This document shows, one piece after another, positions 54,861-64,000 of a DNA stretch of 64,000 nucleotides. A model generated the notes under the pieces. That model was not told the DNA's origin, did not search any database, and saw only the letters and a program-made list of their open reading frames with translations. A program made the position numbers and the translations under genes. Source of the stretch: an uncultured delta proteobacterium (GTDB lineage: Bacteria > Desulfobacterota > WTBG01). Position 1 is the first letter of the stretch. Each line of letters starts with the position of its first letter. Location: the NCBI GenBank assembly GCA_963751515.1, contig CAVVUR010000013.1:132829-196828 (forward strand). The letters are read 5' to 3'.

Positions 54861-54900
54861 CTATTAACCATGGTTGTTTAACAGAAAGGGATTGTATTCG

Positions 54901-56202
54901 ATGCAGGTTACCGTTGAGCAGTTAGGGCCGGTCAAAAAGAAGATTAATGTGGTCATTCCTCCCGACAAGGTGGCGGAGGAGGTAGCGCTGACCTACCAGA
55001 AGCTGCGGCAGCAGATCAGGATAAGAGGTTTTCGCCAGGGCAAGGTTCCCGAGGACATGTTGCGGAAATATTACAAGGAGCAGGTCGAGGGAGAGGTGGT
55101 GTCGCGGCTCATCCAGGAGTCTTATCCCGAGGCGTTAAAAACCGTGCAGGCGATGCCCATATCGCAGCCGGTGGTTGAAAACGGCATCTTTGAAGAGGGA
55201 AAGGAGTTTTCCTATTCCGCCAGCTTCGAAGTAAAGCCGAAAATCAGCCTGCAGGGCTACCTCGGCCTTGAGGTGGAAAAAGAAAAGCTGAAGGTTTCGG
55301 CGGAAGATGTCGAAAAGAGATTGTCGATGATCAGGGAATCCCACGCCTCCTTCAGGGAGGTGGAGGAGGACCGGCCGGTCAGGGCCGGTGATTTTATCGT
55401 CGCTGACGTGGACGGAACGGTGGAGTCAAAGCCCTTTGAAGGCGGGAGCCTCAGGGACTATCTGTTTGAGGTGGGCGTCGATCACTATCTTCCGGGGCTG
55501 AGCGAAAAGCTGACAGGGCTTTCCAAAGGGGCGGAACAGGAGATCGTGCTCAACCTGCCCGGGGATTTCAAGCGCCAGGAGCTCGCGGGCCGGGAGGTCA
55601 GGCTGAAGGTGGCCGTCAAGGGGTTGAAGAGCAAGGTGCTCCCTGAACTCGATGATGCCTTTGCCCGGGACCTCGGCGAGTACCGGGGGCTGGAAGATTT
55701 AAAGCTGAAGGTGCGGGAGGGCATGGAACAGGAGGAGCGGGAGCGCATTGACGCCGAGATGAAAAGAAGCCTGATTGCTGCGCTGATCAAAAAAAACCCC
55801 CTTGACCTGCCGCCCCTGATGGTGGAGCGGAAGATTGAATTCATGATGGCCGATGCCCAGCGGACGCTGATGGCGCAGGGATCAAGCCTGGAGAAGCTGG
55901 GCATACCCGCTGAAAGCATGATGGCCAGCTTCAGGCCGGAGGCGGAGCGGCAGGTGAAGTGCTCACTCCTGGTTGAGGAGATTGCCAGGCGCGAGAACCT
56001 CAGCGTCGGTGACGGGGAGGTTGAGGAAAAGCTTGACGAGATCGCCCGGTCGACCGACAAGAGCAGGGAGCAGGTCAGCAATTTTTATAAACGAGAGGGG
56101 CTCTGGGAGGGCCTCAAGTTCAGGCTGCTCGAAAACAAAACCATTGATTTTCTGCTGGGCGGGGCTACAATACGTGAAATCGAAAAACCCGCGCAGCAGT
56201 GA
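54901..56202 (+). CDS. tig: trigger factor
   Basis: 433 aa from ATG 54901 ([20 protein letters not shown]...). Ribosome-binding GFRxGKxP motif (RGFRQGKVP). Upstream of clpP-clpX. Confidence 0.92.
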   Translation: MQVTVEQLGPVKKKINVVIPPDKVAEEVALTYQKLRQQIRIRGFRQGKVPEDMLRKYYKEQVEGEVVSRLIQESYPEALKTVQAMPISQPVVENGIFEEGKEFSYSASFEVKPKISLQGYLGLEVEKEKLKVSAEDVEKRLSMIRESHASFREVEEDRPVRAGDFIVADVDGTVESKPFEGGSLRDYLFEVGVDHYLPGLSEKLTGLSKGAEQEIVLNLPGDFKRQELAGREVRLKVAVKGLKSKVLPELDDAFARDLGEYRGLEDLKLKVREGMEQEERERIDAEMKRSLIAALIKKNPLDLPPLMVERKIEFMMADAQRTLMAQGSSLEKLGIPAESMMASFRPEAERQVKCSLLVEEIARRENLSVGDGEVEEKLDEIARSTDKSREQVSNFYKREGLWEGLKFRLLENKTIDFLLGGATIREIEKPAQQ

Positions 56203-56215
56203 GGAGAACGCATAC

Positions 56216-56848
56216 ATGACCCTGATTCCGATGGTGGTGGAGCAAACCAACCGGGGCGAGAGGGCGTACGATATCTACTCCCGCCTCCTGAAAGACCGCA
56301 TCATTTTCCTGGGCAGCGTGATTGATGATGACGAAGCCAATATCATCATCGCCCAGATGCTTTTCCTGGAATCCGAGGACCCGGACAAGGACATCCACCT
56401 CTACCTTAATTCGCCCGGCGGGGTGGTGACCTCGGGCCTGGCCATTTACGACACCATGCAGTACATCAAGCCCGATGTCTCAACGCTCTGCATGGGGCAG
56501 TGCGCCAGCATGGGGGCGGTGCTGCTGGCGGCGGGGGCGAAGGGAAAGCGCTTCGCGCTCCCCCATTCCCGGATTATGCTCCATCAACCCCTGGGAGGGT
56601 TTCAGGGGCAGGCCACCGATATCGACATCCACGCCAGGGAAATCCTGCGCATGCGGGAGGAGCTGGATTCAATCCTGATGAAGCACACCCAGCAGCCCCT
56701 GGAAAGGATCCGCGCCGATACCGAGAGGGATTTTTTCATGAGCGGCCAGCAGGCCAGGGAGTACGGCATCATCGACGAGGTGATCGCCAAGGCGGAACGG
56801 CTGACAGGCATAGAGGGGAAAACACCAGGCAAGGGAGGAAAGCGGTGA
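56216..56848 (+). CDS. clpP: ATP-dependent Clp protease proteolytic subunit
   Basis: 210 aa from ATG 56216 (GAGGAG upstream). Catalytic context GQCASMG (Ser), MLHQP (His). Confidence 0.93.
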   Translation: MTLIPMVVEQTNRGERAYDIYSRLLKDRIIFLGSVIDDDEANIIIAQMLFLESEDPDKDIHLYLNSPGGVVTSGLAIYDTMQYIKPDVSTLCMGQCASMGAVLLAAGAKGKRFALPHSRIMLHQPLGGFQGQATDIDIHAREILRMREELDSILMKHTQQPLERIRADTERDFFMSGQQAREYGIIDEVIAKAERLTGIEGKTPGKGGKR

Positions 56849-58098
56849 ACCGGAAAGATGCTGGCAAATACGGCAATCTCTTTTGCTCATTCTGCGGGAA
56901 AAACCAGGACGAGGTGCGCAAGCTCATCGCCGGGCCCTCGGTCTACATCTGCGATGAATGCATCGAGCTCTGCAATGACATCATTGCAGAGGAAAATGAG
57001 CGGGAGGCCATAAGCCGCAGGAAGTCGACCATACCCAAGCCTTACGAGATAAAGGCGGCGCTCGACGAATACGTCATCGGCCAGGACCGGGCCAAGAAGA
57101 TCCTCTCGGTGGCGGTGCACAATCACTACAAGCGGGTTGATTCCTCCGGACAGCTGGACGGGGTGGAGCTGCAGAAGAGCAACATTCTGCTCATCGGGCC
57201 CACCGGGACCGGCAAGACCCTGCTGGCCCAGACCCTGGCCCGGATTCTGAACGTGCCCTTCACCATCGCCGATGCCACCAGCCTCACCGAGGCGGGATAC
57301 GTGGGCGAGGACGTGGAGAACATCATCCTGAGCCTGCTCCAGGCCTCCGAGTATAACATCGAGAAGGCCTCCCGCGGCATCGTCTACATTGATGAGATTG
57401 ACAAGATTTCCCGCAAGTCCGATACCCCCTCCATCACCCGCGACGTATCCGGGGAAGGGGTGCAGCAGGCGCTCTTAAAAATCATCGAAGGCACGGTTGC
57501 CAACATACCGCCCAAGGGGGGTAGAAAGCATCCCCAGCAGGAGTTCCTCCAGGTTGACACCACCAACATTCTCTTCATCTGCGGCGGCGCCTTCTGCGGG
57601 CTTGAGAACATTATCCAGCACCGCGTCGGCACCAAGACCATGGGGTTCGGCGCCGACATCAAGGGGCGGGAGGAAAAGCGGGTGGGCGAGGTCCTGAAAT
57701 CGATTCAGACCGAGGACCTGCTCAAGTACGGCCTGATTCCCGAGTTTGTGGGAAGGCTCCCGGTGATCGCCACCCTGGAGGACCTGAGCGAGCAGGCGCT
57801 GGTCGACATCATCGCCAAGCCCAGGAACGCGCTGCTCAAGCAGTACACCAAGATTTTCGAGTTCGAGAACGTCAAGCTCAAGTTTAAGGATGACGCCCTG
57901 TGGGCGGTAGCCCGGGAGGCCATAGCCCGCAAGTCCGGGGCGAGGGGTTTGAGGGCCATTCTGGAAGAAATCATGCTTGACATCATGTACGACATTCCCT
58001 CCCAGGAAAATGTGAAGGAGTGCGTCATCAGCGAAGAGGTGATCCTCAAAAGGGAAAAGCCGCTGATCGTGTATGAAAACAGGACAAAAACCGCGTAG
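56845..58098 (+). CDS. clpX: ATP-dependent Clp protease ATP-binding subunit ClpX
   Basis: About 417 aa from GTG 56845 (GTGA overlap with the clpP stop, AGGGAGGA upstream). Zinc finger CSFCGK...CDEC; Walker A GPTGTGKT. Confidence 0.92.
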   Translation: MNRKDAGKYGNLFCSFCGKNQDEVRKLIAGPSVYICDECIELCNDIIAEENEREAISRRKSTIPKPYEIKAALDEYVIGQDRAKKILSVAVHNHYKRVDSSGQLDGVELQKSNILLIGPTGTGKTLLAQTLARILNVPFTIADATSLTEAGYVGEDVENIILSLLQASEYNIEKASRGIVYIDEIDKISRKSDTPSITRDVSGEGVQQALLKIIEGTVANIPPKGGRKHPQQEFLQVDTTNILFICGGAFCGLENIIQHRVGTKTMGFGADIKGREEKRVGEVLKSIQTEDLLKYGLIPEFVGRLPVIATLEDLSEQALVDIIAKPRNALLKQYTKIFEFENVKLKFKDDALWAVAREAIARKSGARGLRAILEEIMLDIMYDIPSQENVKECVISEEVILKREKPLIVYENRTKTA

Positions 58099-58112
58099 GA
58101 GGATAAACAGCC

Positions 58113-60563
<2,451 letters not shown>

Positions 60564-60601
60564 CCGCCGGGGGTGAATGGCTGTTCCCGGGGCGGGTGCG
60601 G

Positions 60602-61084
60602 TCAGAGCTTGTATCCGATCTTTCTCAGGAAGCTTTTGCGCGCGTCCCTGTCCCCCTGCGATTCCGTTCCCTTCGGCCTTGAGCCGTCAATCACGCCGAG
60701 TATTCCCCTGCCTTGCGCTGTTTCAGCGACAATCACCTCCACCGGGTTGGCCGTCGCGCAGTAGAGCGAGCACACCTCGGGGCACTGCTTGATGGCATTT
60801 AAGACATTGACGGGAAAGGCGTGCCTGAGCACGATCACAAAGCTGTGCCCCGATGCAAGGGCGTGGGCGTTTTTAACCGCCGCCGCCGTGAGCGCTTCAT
60901 CATTGCCTTCCGCCCGCACCAGGCACGGTCCCGACGCCTCACAAAAGGCAATGCCGAATTTTGCCTGGGGGACGGACGTGACCATTATCTCATAAAGGTC
61001 TTCAGCCGTTTTGATGAAGTGGGATTGCCCGACAATCAGGTTGGTTTCATCGGGGATTTCCATGGCAACGGTTGTAAGATCCAT
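60602..61084 (-). CDS. adenosine-specific kinase-like protein (PAE2307/PF04008-type)
   Basis: 160 aa. The overall sequence (HFIKTAEDLYE...FGIAFCEASG..LVR..GND...NVLNAIK) matches my memory of this small archaeal/bacterial family. The assignment is by recollection only. Confidence 0.5.
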   Translation of the reverse strand: MDLTTVAMEIPDETNLIVGQSHFIKTAEDLYEIMVTSVPQAKFGIAFCEASGPCLVRAEGNDEALTAAAVKNAHALASGHSFVIVLRHAFPVNVLNAIKQCPEVCSLYCATANPVEVIVAETAQGRGILGVIDGSRPKGTESQGDRDARKSFLRKIGYKL

Positions 61085-61161
61085 CCTGTTACTCCTGTTG
61101 TGCGGTGGGGTGCTGGTTGGAGGTTTGCGCTAAAAGAGATGAAGATCTGCCTTTGAGATTT

Positions 61162-61226
61162 AAATCCGGAATCAGCATATCGAAGCACGAAACAAATCAA
61201 AATACCAAATGACCAAAATTCAAAAC
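61162..61226. repeat. family-2 repeat, left half only
   Basis: AAATCCGGAATCAGCATATCGAAGCACGAAACAAATCAAAATACCAAATGACCAAAATTCAAAACC parallels the left half of 61373..61535. Confidence 0.55.
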
Positions 61227-61372
61227 CGGGCTTGATGCGGCTGATGCAAATGATTATATAAAATTCTGCAAAGGTCAAGTCAAGATTAAGCCTGGACGTG
61301 GAGCTGCTCCATTTTAGCGCTTGAATTATTGACAGGCCGGGTATACCATACGAGGAAGTTGAAATGCTCGGA

Positions 61373-61535
61373 TGCAAATTCGAAATCCGAAGCACGAAAC
61401 AAAGCCGAGCAATGAATGACAAAGTTCAAATGACGAAAATATAAAAACGGACCTGCGCCCACGGATGTTTTGGACATTTGAAAATTTGAATTTTGGATTT
61501 GTTTCGAATTTCGGATTCGTGCTTCGGATTTTGCA
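61373..61535. repeat. family-2 repeat, complete imperfect-palindromic copy (about 163 bp)
   Basis: The left end TGCAAATTCGAAATCCGAAGCACGAAACAAA and right end TTTGTTTCGAATTTCGGATTCGTGCTTCGGATTTTGCA are inverted. Internal CAAAGTTCAAATGAC / GACATTTGAAAATTTG are also inverted. Confidence 0.65.
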
Positions 61536-61618
61536 ACAGCAGTGTATGCATCGATAAATGTTTTCCCTCAGAGATGTGTTGGGTGTGATGGAATCATGTT
61601 CAGTTTAAGGGGAGGCGG

Positions 61619-62656
61619 ATGATGAAGAGAATCGGCATTCTTACCGGCGGCGGCGACTGTCCCGGGCTCAATGCGGTCATACGGGCGGTGGTGAAACGGG
61701 CCATTGATACCTACAAGTTTGAGGTGATCGGCATCAGGGAAGGGTGGGCCGGCCTGATCAAAGGGCAGGTGGAGCCGCTTACCCTTTTTTCCGTCACCGG
61801 AATACTTCCCCGCGGGGGGACCATCCTGGGCACCTCCCGGACCAACCCCTTTAAGGCCGAGGAAACCCTGCAGAAAATGCTCAACAACATCAAGCGCTAT
61901 GGCATAGAGGGCTTCATCTGCGTGGGCGGCGAGGATACCCTTGGCGTTGCAAGCCGGCTGCATGAGATGGGCATTCCGGTGGTGGGTATTCCTAAAACCA
62001 TTGACAATGACCTTCCCTGCACCGATTATACCTTCGGGTTCGATACGGCAGTCAGCATCGTTACCGAGGCGATTGACCGGCTGCACACCACGGCGGAATC
62101 CCATCACCGGGTCATGGTGGTTGAAGTCATGGGGAGGCACACCGGGTGGATTGCCACCGTCGCCGGCATTGCCGGCGGAGCCGATTGCATCCTCATTCCC
62201 GAAGTGCCGTTCAGGCTTGAAGAGGTGGCCGAATTGCTCAAGCAGCGCCGCAAACGCGGCAAGACCTTCAGCATCATTGTGGTGGCGGAGGGGGTGGAGC
62301 TCAATCACGACAGCGGCGTGGTGGTGCAGGACGAAAAGACCGATGAATTCGGCCACGCGCTCCTGGGGGGCATAGGCAATATCATAGCCAGGAAGCTCGA
62401 AGACCTGACGGGCATGGAGACTAGGGTTACCAACCTGGGATATGTGCAGAGGGGAGGCACGCCCACTGCGTTCGACCGGGTGCTGGCCACGCGCTTCGGG
62501 GTGAAGGCGGTGGATATGCTGGCAAACAAGGAATTCGGCAAAATGGCCTGTCTGCGGGGTACTAGCATTGAAGCCATTGACCTGAAGGAAGTGGCCTCCG
62601 GCAATAAGAAAATCAACCCGGACTTGTATAAGGTTGCCGAGCTTTTCTTCGGCTAG
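61619..62656 (+). CDS. pfk: 6-phosphofructokinase (ATP- or PPi-dependent, not resolved)
   Basis: 345 aa. GILTGGGDCPGLNA, VGGEDTL, PKTIDNDL, VMGRHTGW. The TAG stop 62654..62656 is the first triplet of repeat R12. Confidence 0.88.
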   Translation: MMKRIGILTGGGDCPGLNAVIRAVVKRAIDTYKFEVIGIREGWAGLIKGQVEPLTLFSVTGILPRGGTILGTSRTNPFKAEETLQKMLNNIKRYGIEGFICVGGEDTLGVASRLHEMGIPVVGIPKTIDNDLPCTDYTFGFDTAVSIVTEAIDRLHTTAESHHRVMVVEVMGRHTGWIATVAGIAGGADCILIPEVPFRLEEVAELLKQRRKRGKTFSIIVVAEGVELNHDSGVVVQDEKTDEFGHALLGGIGNIIARKLEDLTGMETRVTNLGYVQRGGTPTAFDRVLATRFGVKAVDMLANKEFGKMACLRGTSIEAIDLKEVASGNKKINPDLYKVAELFFG

Positions 62657-62904
62657 CAGGCTGTTATAAAAACCATCTGATTCGTGGCGCAAAGGGAGGC
62701 TATTTTGACGCCACAACAATGTGTCTTTACGCTTACGGCACGACCCGGTGTCTTACGACTTAAACCGCAGACAGGCAGCTTTGCAGGGGCTTGAATACGG
62801 GCTGTTGCCCTACGGGCCTGTCGGACAAAATTAGAAAGTCGCTGCCGTTCTACAGGCTCCGAATAATTTTGTTGTGGCTAAAAAGCCCTTCCCCCTTGAG
62901 CCAC
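62654..62904 (+). mobile_element. family-1 type B element R12, full copy with left outer box
   Basis: TAGCAGGCTGTTATAAAAACCATCTGATTCGTGGCGCAAAGGGAGGCTATTTTGACGCCACAACAATG - core - AATTTTGTTGTGGCTAAAAAGCCCTTCCCCCTTGAGCCAC. Confidence 0.88.
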
Positions 62905-63015
62905 ATACTACTTTTATGCTTTTATCTTGACTTTTTCGCTACCTGTCGATAATATGCACCCCGCCGGTGAGTTAACCGGCGATGTTGGTTTATGGTGAAG
63001 AGAAGGAAATCGCAA

Positions 63016-63771
<756 letters not shown>

Positions 63772-63813
63772 TCGCGCCGCGGTCATGATTTCAGAAGAAA
63801 GGATGGATCAAAC

Positions 63814-64000
63814 ATGTTTGTATTTATCACTGTTGTACACATAGTCATCTGCGTGGTTCTGATCATGGTGGTGCTGCTTCAGACGGGCAAGGGGGCGGAA
63901 ATGGGCGCCGCTTTCGGAGGCTCCACGCAAACGGTATTCGGCAGCAGCGGACCGGCCGGCTTTTTGAGCAAGATGACCACCGCGGTTGCCGTTCTCTTTA
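63814..64000 (+). CDS. secG: preprotein translocase subunit SecG (partial, runs off the right edge)
   Basis: MFVFITVVHIVICVVLIMVVLLQTGKGAEMGAAFGGSTQTVFGSSG... typical SecG N-terminus. Conserved tpiA-secG linkage. Confidence 0.85.
   Translation, partial: MFVFITVVHIVICVVLIMVVLLQTGKGAEMGAAFGGSTQTVFGSSGPAGFLSKMTTAVAVLF

Noticed and set aside
54450-54881. 143-aa ORF overlapping tRNA-Leu
   Set aside because: It reads straight through a canonical tRNA gene and an AT-rich promoter region, so it is not coding.
60564-60601. Bidirectional terminator between lon and the convergent kinase-like gene
   Set aside because: It is a GC-rich imperfect palindrome (CCGCCGGGG...CCCGGGGCGG) with mismatches and no T/A tracts, which is too weak to call.
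61330-61360. Promoter TTGACA at about 61329 upstream of pfk
   Set aside because: No acceptable -10 hexamer lies at 16-18 nt spacing.
61568-62719. 383-aa ORF antisense to pfk. Similar long antisense ORFs lie at 42972..44045 (lpxD), 46234..47328 (bamA), 8624..9694 (gltB) and 35405..36097 (lpxK).
   Set aside because: All are opposite confidently identified genes, lack start context, and have Arg/Gly/His-rich shadow composition.

Overview
64-kb chromosomal window, GC-rich (high 50s % by eye), almost entirely housekeeping genes. The gene content (acetogen-type MvhD-MetV-MetF, NrpR, type IV pilus genes, LPS/Bam/Lol envelope operon) suggests an anaerobic Gram-negative organism, probably Desulfobacterota/deltaproteobacterial; this is inference only.

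**Layout**
- **1-17.6 kb:** nitrogen-assimilation neighbourhood with an archaeal-type repressor NrpR, GDH, glutamine synthetase, a three-gene split archaeal-type glutamate synthase and NadE. An MvhD-MetV-MetF methylene-THF reductase module interrupts it; an SLT-domain protein and glyA follow.
- **17.9-25.5 kb:** carA-carB, purF, serA. carAB carries about 21 single-base indels confined to 18351-21252.
- **27.5-32.1 kb:** mutS-mutL on the minus strand. mutS is frameshifted in a 4-nt homopolymer, and mutL has a roughly 17-codon out-of-frame patch.
- **32.9-53.9 kb:** uvrD, then a long minus-strand envelope block (lpxK-waaA-msbA-lpxB-oxidoreductase-lpxA-fabZ-lpxD-skp-bamA-lolDC-lysS) and pilB-pilC.
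- **54.8-64 kb:** tRNA-Leu(UAG), tig-clpP-clpX-lon, an adenosine-specific-kinase-like gene, pfk, tpiA-secG.

I saw no prophage, defence island, CRISPR array or transposase gene.

**Most unusual signal**
A modular, non-coding, hairpin-armed MITE/REP-like repeat family occupies 12 intergenic loci, about 4% of the window.
- It occurs as full copies, internally deleted derivatives and one nested insertion.
- One variant has arms that changed concertedly on both sides.
- Element termini repeatedly coincide with the stop codons of flanking genes.

I could not match it to any element family I know.

**Secondary points**
- A bacterial NrpR lies next to gdh/glnA, with a GGAT-N6-TTCC site upstream of glnA.
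- A second, AT-rich repeat family is present.
- There is a perfect 27-bp inverted repeat.
- A few weak promoter/sRNA candidates are listed.

All coordinates were derived by hand from the printed sequence.
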